Part shown: positions 42,883 through 55,418 of the stretch, one piece after another
Position numbering within the stretch: the first letter of the stretch is position 1
Layout: the number at the start of each line of letters is the position of its first letter
Source: Auanema rhodensis
Lineage: Eukaryota; Animalia; Nematoda
NCBI GenBank assembly: GCA_964057225.1
Contig: OZ059894.1
Location: 6,758,001-6,822,000 of the forward strand
DNA length: 64,000 nt
Direction of reading: 5' to 3'
Notes under the pieces: generated by a model
Database searches by the model: none
Seen by the model: only the letters and a program-made list of their open reading frames with translations
Told to the model about the DNA's origin: nothing
Made by a program: the position numbers and the translations under genes

Positions 42883-45800
42883 AGCTCTTTCTCGGTTTCT
42901 TTATCTTACTATCTCATACCCTATTACTCTTTTTTTTCCACTGATGTTCTCTAACTCGTTGCAACGAATGGAAAATAAGAATCGCTTACGACTACCAAGG
43001 TTGTGAATGAAGATATGATTCCAACATTCAGCTCCAATTTTTTATTCATTTTCATTACTCTTTATATTATTTTTTCTTTATATATATTATCCTTTCAAAA
43101 TATTTGGTTTGAGAATATCAGGTAGCTTGTAAGAAGGATCAAACCGATATATTCAGAATATGTTCAAGTTTCATCCTATATTGCCCACATATTTTTCTAT
43201 GCTACTTGCTCAGTGAATCAAATATCTTGTGTGTATTTTATTATTATCAGCAAAATTTCTAATTAGCTTCTAGTTCATATGGTCAAAATAATTTCTATTT
43301 TTCGTTCAATTATCGACATCACTGCTCGAAAGAACATTCACTTCTTATCGATTGGTAATCTCAAGAGCACTCTGCTATCAAATTGCTTTGAACTTATAGT
43401 TAGTGATAATAAGTTCTGTTGTTGGATCTATTTATTCATATATTATATCCAATATATCCATATGTTATATTGTTATTTTCAAACAATATTGTCTGATATA
43501 CACAAGAGTATTATTTGTTTTTTACTACAAGTTATAAATTTTTTATAGTAAATGCAATACATAAGTACTTTAACTTTAATTACTTTTTTATTTCTTTAGT
43601 ATAATTTTGATTTTTTTTCCAAATTCTTATTAATTTTTCTATCCACCCCTCCCCTGTATGTTGTCTCAATATCTTGTTATCCACCTTATACATGTAATGA
43701 TTAAGCTGTGTTCATGCAAATCAAATGGCAATATTTTTTGAAAATTTATTTATCTGCAATGTGCTTTGAAGAAATTCCGAAAACATTGCATACCGTCTTC
43801 TTAATCATGTAATTCTTCAAGCATGGAAGAACAATTTCGAATGGAAAAGCTAGGCAAAATAAACGAACGATGCCATGTAGCACCCAGCCGTTCGCACCTA
43901 TTGTTGTTGCTTTCGCCGTTGTCGTCATCACGATTATAGTTGTGATCGACATTGTTCAGAACTTCTTCGAGATTCGAGCTGTTGGTAATATCGAATCAAT
44001 CCTATCTCTGTATCCGTCTGTCGTTTCCGCCATATAGCAGTCGTCCCGGTGTAGCTGATGTGGTTCTCATCGTCGGTGGTGAAGCCCGGCTGAATCGATT
44101 GAGAGCTCCTGTGACGAGGCTAGTTTGGGCACTGATGACAAATGACAACTGATATTATGCGCATCCACATAACCGAAAGCATAATATTCCGTTTCGTTTA
44201 CATTCAGATCATTATCATTCTCCTTATTTCTTCACTTTCTTCATGAATATTACAAAATTCTTTTTCCTTTTTTCTATTCTATCTATCTGCCTCTTCTAGC
44301 GTGTGACTATTTCTTTTAGCTAATACGACACCACACAACGCCACCCCCTCATACTCTAAATGAGCTTTAACGAATGGCAAGTAGTGTTCCATGTGCAATT
44401 TCTGGAGCATCCATTCTGTTACATTTGTTGCATCGTCTCACGTCCCCATTTGAATGTTTTCAGCTTCAACATCAAACGGCTACATCTTCTTGGTGAAGCC
44501 ATTTGGGTTCCTTCAATTTCTTTACCGCTGAGCTTCTCCATCATTCTGTGCCTCTTAATGTCCAATTTAAATTAGTATTAGATGAATATATCCTCTCCCT
44601 CTGAATGCTATCGTTGTCTGTCCACGAATTGTTTATTTGTGAGCAATTTTCTAAACAAAATTTGAATTTTATTAGAAAATTGCATCACACTTCAACTGTG
44701 GATTTCAACATCAACTAAGCATCCTATCATATAATTCAAAAGCATTCTATTCCAAAAGTAGAAACTAATTCGTTAAATTAAAATATTTCAAATATTTAAT
44801 CTTAGCAGATTTTCATTTTTATTCGAAAACACATGTTAGAACTACAATTACATCATATCAAATCAAATCTTATAGTATCAGCTTGTTGAGCTACATCTTA
44901 TTCATACATACATCTGGTTATTATTTTTAATAAATTATTTAATATCTTTGTCGTTCAAATTGAAGAGCTAATTTTTAATTTACATACATGTCCTTTGATG
45001 TCATATGAACAACTTACATATCATACATTTATATAATTTTTACAAATGCTCTCTGGTACAAATGAAACTAAAACCGCTTTCATACAACATGAAGTTGGGA
45101 ATAAGCTGTAGTTCAGAGAAAAATTGAGTTAAGGAGGAAAAAAAGATTATGTTCTCGCCTTTTTTTTTTCGCATTCTGCTGGCTTTGTGTCCATCTTATG
45201 TATCTTCTCATCTCTTGTACTTTCAAACATTTTGGCTCGTCTTTTCGTTGTTACTAGTCGCTCTGTGCTCAACCACAATCATCACCACAACCACCGCCAG
45301 CAACAACACCACAACCACCACCACGACTATTTTGCCCCTTCGATCCATTGCCTTTTTCGGCCGGCGCGCGTCCTGGTCTCCCTCTCCTTGTTTCCCTTCC
45401 CCCTCCGTTCTTTTTTCTCTCTGCTTCTCACAGTTGCTTAGGCTCTTTTTCTAGCTCCCTCCCTTTCCAATGTTTTTCATCACCATTTCCTCTCCTTATA
45501 TGTATACTATTCTGCGTTTCATGCGGCCATTGACTCATTGAAAACGGCAGTCGTGCGTGTGGAGACCGCGCTTATCAGTGCGCGGCCGAAAAACGCTCTA
45601 GCTAGCTTCCCACATTAATTGAAAACCAGTTATACTTCAATGTAATCTGATAAATATTTAGTTTACTTGCATTGAATTTTTTTTTCTGTTTTTTTCTATC
45701 TTTTCTTAAATATTCAAATTGTATTTCACCAGCCTACATGAAGAACGATAAGGTCATGAGAAGTAGTTACGTCTGATCTCATCGTTAGAGTTTTCATATA

Positions 45801-48800
45801 TGTATGTATGTGCATATGACGATTTCGCGGACTGTTCTTCATCATGTAGGAACAAAGAATTCTGACTAACATTTCATTTTGAATTATTTTATTCACAAAG
45901 AAGGAAGTCTCGTAACTTTCTTGAAGAAAAGCTACACAAAATGTTTTATATCGCATTACTTTGATGTTTTTGTGTTTGTCTCATGCTCTACCAATGAGTA
46001 TAGAAACCGCAATTCCGTCCTGTTATCGGACTAATCTGTTTCTATTCTTCAATTTGTAGTATAAAAAACTTTTTTCTTCGTTTTTCTGTGATATTGTGCC
46101 TTATAAGTAAATGTAATGTTTGTTGTATTAATTTTTCTTGTTTCAAACTAAGTTGTTGTAATTGAGGTGAATTATAGGTTATATGAATCCTCTATGTTAG
46201 CATGTTATTTCTTTTCTAGATGTACCATTGAACAAGCATTTTTATTGAAATTTACTTTTTTTTTGTTCTTCGTGTACGTCACCACAATTTCCTATGAATG
46301 TGAAATCTCATGGCACTTTTCTACATAACACTTTTCTTCTTTTTTTCCTTTTTCTCCAAAATAGTACAGCACACAAGCTTTGTTTTTATTGTTGCAATTA
46401 GTGCTAACTGAGACTGAGAAACTTGGAATACACGGCAGAATTCAAAGCACCGCTGATTGACGCTTCACAGAATTCATTAATTTCGGAGCATTCCAGCTTA
46501 AACGTATGCTATGACAGCTCTCGCATCTTCATCTTTTACTTCAATTTCAATTATTCATTAATTAAAATAATTTTGTGGTAATAAAACTTCACGATTGCCT
46601 CATTGTCTGGTCTGCGTATAGTATCGTGGCTTGTCTTTAGGCCACATTAATTGACATGCTCACAGACTCTATTGCTCAATCTTTGAAACTGATTGAATCA
46701 TCTGTTTCCCACTTTGATGCATTTTTTGGTCGTTGATTGTAGTCAACCATAATTCATCTGGCGATGGTAGTTCGGAGGACAACAAGTGGTCGTTGTCGCA
46801 TCAACCGCCGGGCGCATGGTCGCGCGCGGTTTGCACAATGCCCTCCGGCAATTGAAGGTTTGTGGTGCAGACGAGAGACGAAGAGAAGGAGGTTATGGTT
46901 GTGGAGAAGGGGAAGCAAAGCAAACCCATTTCGTGGGAGGAAAATGAAAAAAACATAAATATATACTTACCGACGCACATATGCTTCAATATAGCCAATA
47001 ATCTCGGTCTACGTACCTATTTTACTAAGCTGTTCAGGTGTTCCGTTCACCCATTCCCCCTTCTGTTTTGCGATTTATTTCTTTTTGCCTTTCCCTCTTC
47101 CTTTCTCTTTCTCTCTTCAGTTCCCACATTTTCCTATCTATTTCCTCTAGCTAGTTAATGCACATCGATTGATAGCTATACCACTGCATAACCAACATAA
47201 GCTTTGGGCCAAATAAACGAATTGAATTGAACACGGCTGGATGGAGTCCATGTAGCCTCTGAACGTTCGAATAGCATTTCCTTTTTTGGTTGATCGGTAT
47301 ACGTATAGCGCATTTCCTACTTAACTCTCTTCAAGCCTTTTCCATTATCTGTTTTGTGTTGGCTTTAGCTACTTCTATTTTTTCCAATTTATACGATTTC
47401 ATTAAGTTTTTTTTTAACTTTTTTTGCGATGCATGAATATATTATCAAACTTAGCTGTTGAGTTAACTTTCATCGGCAGATTGTCTTTGGATTGAATTGT
47501 TGAATGTGAAAATGAGAAAATTGTCTACATATCGAAGCATTCCCGTACGAATTGTTTCTTTCTTTCTTTTTCAAATAAGAAACCATTAAGTCCTTGAGCA
47601 TTGTACTATTCCTTTTCTCGGGCTGCTGGAGGCTCTGCATTGTAAATCGTGGCAGACCCTAAAGCATGAGAAGGAAAGCGGAAAGAGAGGAACATACTCG
47701 TTTTTCAGATATCGGCTCTTCTCCTCTCTTTTCCTTCTCTTTTCTCCGTTCAATTTGTCAACTACTCGTGATGGCCGGATGTGGCAAGTGCAGCCAGAAG
47801 CTAAGCAACTGCGCGAAAAAGACGAAATATGGTTTAAAAATCTTTCTTATAAAAGAAGCCGTGAATAAGAAAATGAGAAAAAAAATAGTTTTTTGAGTAG
47901 TAATAGTATAGTAGAACAAGGTGCTGAATGAAAAAAAAATAAATATGAAATATCTGAACGAGAGATAGGATTGGAAAAAATAGAGCAAAGAGAGGATATA
48001 AAAAGATGGAATGGTAATGAATAGTTAACTTTAGAGATATATGGCTAGCAGAAAAAGTGAGAGAGAAAGAGAGTATGATAAGGAGAGAAAGCGAATATAG
48101 GATTAAATAATAAATTTAAAATACTTACCTTAATCAACCGTTCATTTCATTTTAACAAACGAAAATAGTTGCACTAAACGAAATGTTGTTTACGTGAAAA
48201 TTTCACGTAACATGTTAATATCCCAATTTTGTGGAGAAATTGAACAACTGGGAACAGATATTTGCATGAATTTATTCTTTCAATTTGTTATTTTCGGAGC
48301 AACAAAAGTTTTTAAGTTGACTGTGAACGATATTTCTGCATCATTTCCTGGTAGTATTATCACTTATGGGAAAAAAATTCTCTGCAATGCATCCGTCATA
48401 CTCAAGATATACCATTTAAAATGGGTTTGGTTAGTCTTGCTGCTCATAATTCCAAATTTCATCTTCACAAAATCCAAACATCGTGTCACCTGAAAATAAT
48501 AACATGTATCTCTTTCATGCAGAGCTTTCCTCTATCGTATACATACCCACTAGATCGATTGATGAAGCCTGAGGGCTCTGTGTGGGGCTGTTGTAGCTAT
48601 AACTGCGCAGTTCCTCCTCAGCTGCTTTTCTTCAACTCCTCCCGAGTCCTAGGGGTCCTGCCACGAAGTAATCTCGCGCGGGCTCTTGTTGTAATGTGGT
48701 GTTGGTGCTGGTGGATAGAAGAGCCGAGTAAGCTTTCTGTTTCCCTAGTCTTCAACTTCTTCTGCTCTACTCCTCATCTATCTGTTTCTCTTCCTTCGTT

Positions 48801-48990
48801 CTTCATTCGTTTCCTTGCAAATCACAGAGCACTCTCTCGCTAGTCCAACTGCTATTTCAGCATTCTCAGCTGATAGTCGAACATTTCGACCTTATTTGAG
48901 CCATATTCTTTCATTAACCTCCTTTAATTCATGACTAAGCATAAACGTTGAATGTTATTCAATCTAAGTAAGATTCATAAAATCTAGATT

Positions 48991-50784
48991 ATGGAGCAGT
49001 TTATCAAAGGTAAATTTTCATTATAATATATTGGACTATAACTTAGAAGCTGTCATTTAACCTATAGTCACACATCGGGCTTTGAATCTCATATCCTGGA
49101 TACGCTTTAAGCATCATCAGAGATTGCTTATCAATAGCAGTGCATATATAGCTCCCAGCATTTCCGAACTAGATCCCCTCTTCCTCCAGTCCCAATATTC
49201 TGTTGAGCAAAGTAGCTTGCATGATACCTCTGATATAATTTCGGCTCTCTGTGACTCTGATCAAAGGCTTTTCAAAAGCAATCTCTTTGTGGCTTATCAG
49301 TCTCAATTATAATTTCTCGTTTAGTTCATACTATGTTTATTTCTATACTTAAGCATTAGTCCAAATGAACACAAATTCGTCGAGAGATATCAATCCTCAT
49401 GGTCACAGCTGACGCGTTTTTATTAGCTAACGAAATACACCAGTAAATTTCTCATTTTGAGAGAACGTTTGGTTGCGTTCGTTTCGGACATTGCAGCCAG
49501 TTCAAACTATTTCACATTCCAATTGTTTTTTTTTGTTTGGAAAATGACCTGTACATCGCTATACTACCCCTAACTTAAGTAATCAACACAGCTAGTATTG
49601 TGTGTTGCTCCTAATTTCTCTCAGAAAAATTTATCGAAGTAATAATAGCCATCATAAGAAGCTGATGAGATTTATCCTTGCTCAAATTTCAATTTAATCT
49701 TAGTTATCTTCATTAGAAGTTTTTTAACAATGCGTCTACAGCCCGTTAGTATAATCTCTTATTACTTATATACTTATCTCTAACTATAATATCTTTAATT
49801 AGTTTTGTATTAAATTATTTTAGAGTGGAATTGGAGAACTCCTATGGCCACTCAGAAGACTGGGTCTCGACGATCTAGGAAACGTCGAAATAGTGAGACA
49901 AGTAGCGATGGTGCACCACCTATTCGAGTTCTTAGGGTAAGAAAATCGAACACTAATAAGAACTTATGTTTTTTATCAAACTTTTTTTTATTGTTGCCAA
50001 TGAGTTTTAAGACTAAAAATTGTTTTTTTTTCTTTTATCTTCAACATTCAAACAATTTTTGATTTTTTATGTTTCCAGCAAAAATAACAACAATACTATC
50101 ATAAATGGAGAGAAAATATAGTTTGAATTTTATTTGAATATTAACTGTTCTTTTATTTTTTAGTCGTATGGTGTGGATGAAAAATTGGAAATAATTGATT
50201 TCGCTAAAAACAATGGTAATCGTGCAGCTGGACGAGAGTATAATGTTGCTGAAAGTTCTATCAGAGAATGGAGAAAAAATGAGGACCGTTTAAGGTAACT
50301 GGAGAAATTTCTTAGAGCTTCATCATATTTTTCATTTATTTCAAGGCAACAAGTACAACAGTCTGCACCTCAATCAACACAAAAAACCATTACAGCTTTA
50401 CGTGATATTCCAAAAGTAAGGCAATTTCATTATTTCAAAAAAGTTATTTCTTCTTCTTACTTTTTTTCCCAATTATTTTCATGTTTTTTCTTGTTATAGT
50501 GTGAAGTAGGGCAGGTACCTCTATCACTATCAATTTCCCCCGTTCGCCGAGAATCTCCTTCTGCTGATAATCAGGAAAATGAGGTAGTACACGATGTTAC
50601 AACTCTTACATGAAACTAAGGATTTCAGGCTTCGCTGGGCGCAGCCTCTAGCCATTCCAATCATTCAGGTTCTCCAACCATTTCGCTTTCTGGAAATGAT
50701 TCAAATCAGATTCCAATTTATGGGTCAGGGCGACGAAAAGCAAGACAACCGAGAAAAATTATCTGCGTCGAGCAGGAAAGCTAG
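48991..50784 (+). CDS. Brinker/pogo-type helix-turn-helix DNA-binding protein (~190 aa), no transposase catalytic domain, 6 exons
   Basis: Exons 48991-49009 (less certain; alternative start 49844), 49824-49936, 50164-50294, 50346-50415, 50500-50583, 50629-50784. Domain RSYGVDEKLEIIDFAKNNGNRAAGREYNVAESSIREWRKNEDRL fits the BrkDBD pattern (RSY...KL.I...A....N..AAR.F.V....VR.WRK); basic NLS-like RRSRKRR. Confidence 0.85.
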
Positions 50785-51535
50785 TCCATCACATCTAGTG
50801 TCATCTTCTCTCATCGCTTTACTGTCATTTAACTAGTTGACTACTGATTTGTCAAGTTGCTTTAGAACGCGTATTCCTTTTTAAATATTTTACTTAGTAC
50901 TTTCCATGACCGATGTCATTTAATTTCTTCCCAAAAATTGCAAATTAAAGTATGTTTGTACAGCTAGTCATAAGCGTTAAGACAACTTTGAATGCAGCCA
51001 TTTCAGTTATTTAAACTCCAAATAGCAAACATTCTCAATCTATCTTAGCCGGTGTTAATATTGCCTCGGTTCTCACATTTCTGGTCCACAAACTCATATT
51101 ATTCCTCATTCACCTATAATTGTTATTTCGAAATATCTGCTTATCCTTGATAATGCTTTGTTGGCATCTAATATTTTTAGTTTCACCTTGCTCCATTCTC
51201 TTTCAAGAAAATCATTTCTGTATTCCGTTTCCCTTTGCTTTAATTATTTCATCTCTTAATACGATATGTCATCTCATGACTGCGTAATTGCCGTTTTCTT
51301 AAAGTGTACTTATCGAATTTAGAGCCTTTGTGATCTCCGTCGGTGCCTATATTGCCTTCTTTATCAGAAGTCTTTTCTTAGATGTGATGGACCCACTAAG
51401 TTCTATATATATAAGCGTTTGTGAAGGATTCTGGAAGTACATATACATGCTGTCTTCTAATGTCCAATAGTTTTATTTCTTTTATTAAAACATTTTTCTC
51501 AAATTGTTTTCATTCTATGCAAATCACAAAACTTA

Positions 51536-51607
51536 TGGAGGTGTGGGGAATCGAACCCCAGACCTCTCGCATGCGAAGCGAGCGCTCTACCCCTGAGCTA
51601 CACCCCC
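51536..51607 (-). tRNA. tRNA-Ala (anticodon CGC)
   Basis: Reverse complement GGGGGTGTAGCTCAGGGGTAGAGCGCTCGCTTCGCATGCGAGAGGTCTGGGGTTCGATTCCCCACACCTCCA: 72-nt cloverleaf, A/B boxes, anticodon stem CTCGC/GCGAG around TT-CGC-AT, G3:U70 Ala identity pair, TTTT downstream. Confidence 0.97.
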
Positions 51608-51907
51608 ACTAAAACAAAGTAATCAATGTCATAAGTATCATGCTACATGCAGTTGTGTTTGTTTTGTAAGTACAGCACAGAATATAATTGAAAGGCAGGA
51701 TTTATTTAAGAAACAAAAAGAGATCATTTAGTACACTACATGGAATGCTTGACTACCAAAATAAAAAAAAACTATAAAAGAAAGTAGAATCAAGCTATAT
51801 AGACTAGGTTAATCATAATGTGTTCATAAAGATAATTTGAATAAATATAATTTTATCGTCCTTTTCATGATAGATTATAGTTAAATAGGAGAGGAAAGCT
51901 ATCAGAA

Positions 51908-54900
51908 TTACTGAGGTGGAGCAGGTGCTGCTGGAGCGGCAGCATCAGCAGCTGGAGCAACGGCATTCTAAAAAAAGGATTGCTTATACCACATCTATGA
52001 GAAAAGTTGAAAAAAAAAGAATCGAGCACTCACGGGATCTTGAAGATCCTGGCTTGCTCCAGGAATTATTTTTCCAATAGCTTGCTGAGCCTGGGAAGCA
52101 TATCCTTTAGTGGCATCAGCTGAAATTGTAAAATTAGGAAGGAAGAGTTACGAATCCCTTACCAGCAGTAGACAAAACGTCCTTAGTCTTATCAAAAATG
52201 GAGCTCAAAGCTTGTTTCTGAAATCGGGAAATTTATTGAATTTCTTTTCTTTTTTTTAGTTGTTGTTTTCAAAGCAATGTTTCTTCGCTTTCTTTTGAAA
52301 AAAACTACTGAGTGAAGCGGGGGGGAGGAAGCTCGTTTCGTAGTTCCAGATTTCCTGTGTTGTTGTATCTTTTCATGCATACTAGAAAACAACTTTTTTC
52401 ATGTTTGCTTCTATTCACAACATATTATGGCAAAAAATAGGTTTTTTGTAGATCATAAAATCTCCCGAAGGACATACGCATGGCTGAACTATTTGAATCT
52501 TCTTGGAAACGTATGCTCCAGTTCCAGATTAAAACACGTTTATACTGTTTTCGTTCGTTAGTAAACGTTAGTCATCTTTTGACGCTTATTAAAGACAATC
52601 TACATGACCTCAGAGCAACATGCCATTATGTGTAATTTCCGGACTAAAAAGGAAAGAGCACACAAATTCTCATTTTGAATGGAAATGTTGCGTACTCGCA
52701 CTTCATTTCCAACAATTATCGACCATCGCGTTACGCCCCTTTGACCACAATTCAGCAAAGGAATGGAAAGAGTTTAGAGTGAAAGACCAAGAAATGTTTA
52801 AATGTGAATGGCCAGAGAAAAAGTGCTATAAAATGAGAAAATAGTGTGAATGTAAAGAAGAAGCCCTGAAGGAGAAATAGCAAACGTTGTGTCTGCGGCA
52901 GAGAGATAGAGAACATGCCTTGAAGCCTCTACTTTATCATGGTCTTTGAGCACGAGTACCTGAGGCTTTGAGAATGAACATCAACGTTTGCTGCTGAATA
53001 CGCATGCGCCAGCTGAGAAAACGTTGACAATCTAAGGATTCATTGAAGAGCAGCAGTGTTAGGATGCCTTTTCGTATTGCCTCGTCATTTCTTCCGGGAA
53101 ATGGCATAAACTTCCGACACAACATTGACTACTGACTCGGCTATAGAAGAAAAGCTGAAGCAATTATATCGTCAAATGTTTAATGTCTTGAGAATAATCT
53201 CAATATTATGAAGGAAACTGCATGTTCGATGATTTGAGACTCTTCGTCAGAAGTTTGTATTATGAAGATTTACTATAAGTTTTCTCCTTCGTAAGAAAAC
53301 TTCTAAAAAGGAACCACCTGCCAGCTTTCTAGACTATAACATTTTTTCAGTCAAGATTTTGTGGTCGGGCTGTTAGCAATCTTATGGCGAGACTCGTAAA
53401 GAAAGGATTTGGCAATTTAAATCTCCTTTCTTTTCAACAAAAACTTAACACCAGGCTATGCAGTATGAATGAAACTATAAAATGTCTTATTGTTTTAAAA
53501 GTAGCATTTTGCTTAAATAAATATATTTTATAACAATAAACAGTTCTTGTACTCTTGGAAACTTTGGCTGTATTTATATTTTTGCTTTCTCTTTTTCTTT
53601 CACAAGAAAATGTGAAAACAATAACAAGTTTTAAGTTTTATATAAAGGCATCTGGTTGTATGAGTTTGAATAATCCTGCTTCAAACTTCATGATTCACGC
53701 TTGTCAGCTCAACGGTGAGCTCAGTAATGAACATCCTCCCTTCTGCTCAAGTATTTCCTGATGCTTCGTTGAGCCATAATGGTGACACCAGCCTCAACTA
53801 TCGTGAGTATATATAAGGTCTGCATGTGGTTTATTTCTATTTCAAAGATGAAAGATGAACGAGAAATAGGCAAAGCTCATGTTCAGCTGGTTATACTAGT
53901 AGGTTAGTCTTATTTCTTCTTTTTCTTTCTTTTTCGAGCTCGGCTTCTTTGGCCTTTTTGAGATGTCTAGCTGATCGATAGCTCTTCAGGGGTGCTAGTG
54001 GGTCCGAAGAAGAAAGCTCCTTGCGGCAAATAGACACAGAAACAGATAGAAAGAAAGAGAAGAATGAAAAGAGAAATTGTATAGAAAGACAGAATATAGA
54101 GAACGCAAAAGAGCGAGACGAGAGGTCCCCGAAACAGAATGCCATAAGACGACTACGTCCTTGGTTCTACGAAGACAACATGCACATTCACGGGAGCGCT
54201 TTTTCTGCTTTTCCTAACCACCTTCATGTTGTGTATCTGTGGTTTAATGTCACATTTTCATGAGAATAAATATGCAAGAATAGGATATTCGGTTTAAAGA
54301 GCAAGTCAAAAGGCATCAGAGGAAATACTAACCTAGAACCCCTATAGATCGATGATTACAATTTGTAAGCAAAAAGATAGATGGGTGCTTGACAAAACGA
54401 GACTGAAATGAGATGAAAGATGTCAGCTGAATTTGGCTAAGACTAATGAGGGGATTAGCATTCAGATAAGACGGACTGAGAATTTGGGTGCAGAGTTGTG
54501 CCGAAAAGTAACGAAGATGTGAATGATGGTGACGATAAGGTATAAGCTATCATATTCACTATTTCCGCTTCTTAATTTTAATTCATCATTTGACCTAGCT
54601 GCCAATTTCTATTGATATACAACTTTCAATTTAACAAGTTTTCATTTTTGGTGGATATTCAGCATTCAAACTAAGCAAACACATGCATAGTTCGGCTATA
54701 TTGTGCTCATCATCACATTTCTGACAGCCAAACGCAGCTAGAACTCGGACTTTTTTATGAAAAAAAAACAGAATAGGCGGCTGAATCTGACACTTGTTGA
54801 ACTTAGACGGAAAACTTGTTATTGCTTGCTGTCTTGTCTCGTGGGCCTTAATCCAGCTTTCTCTTAGCCCAAACATTGAATTACAGATTTTTCTTTTTGT

Positions 54901-55418
54901 ATTAAAAAGATATCGAGCACTCGTTGATTGCTTACTATATCAATGAAAGAATAACATGCAACGGTCCTAAATTGTCGTTTTCTCTGAGTCTAATTACTGC
55001 TTAATCTTCACTTACTTCTTTTGATCTTATTTCTTAGACAGTATATGCATGTTAGTACATGCAAGTTGAGCACGTCAAGAACATATACATGTATGTCTAG
55101 ATAGTAAGCTCGACTATTATTCATAACTGCTTCTTACTAACTTTATCGATTTTCGCCATAATTTTAACTATTTGCATCTAATTAATACATGTTCAATAAA
55201 CTTGAGACTCAAGCTATAAATCTTTCATTCAACATTGTTGCCTTTTTTCATAGAAAAATATATTATATTCATCTTAAAAAACGCCAAAAAAAAGTTTTTC
55301 TGCTTCACTCATTAAATAATTACAAAGAAACAAAAACCTTTTTTCAAATATAATTTTTAGGAAAAGATATTTTATATTAAAATTAAAAACTCACAGCAGC
55401 ATCAGCAGTTCCGGCCAT
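51908..55418 (-). CDS. 74-aa microprotein with 11-mer amphipathic repeats (LEA group 3 / synuclein-like) and Ala/Pro-rich tail, 4 exons
   Basis: Exons 55418-55395, 52217-52163, 52119-52034, 51967-51908 with consensus GT-AG sites and matching phases: MAGTADAAKQALSSIFDKTKDVLSTAADATKGYASQAQQAIGKIIPGASQDLQDPNAVAPAADAAAPAAPAPPQ*. Exons 2-4 are strong; linkage of exon 1 across 3.2 kb is inferred. Confidence 0.8.

Noticed and set aside
48121-48130. ATACTTACCT resembling the U1 snRNA 5' end
   Set aside because: No U1 body follows; it is the complement of a minus-strand splice donor.
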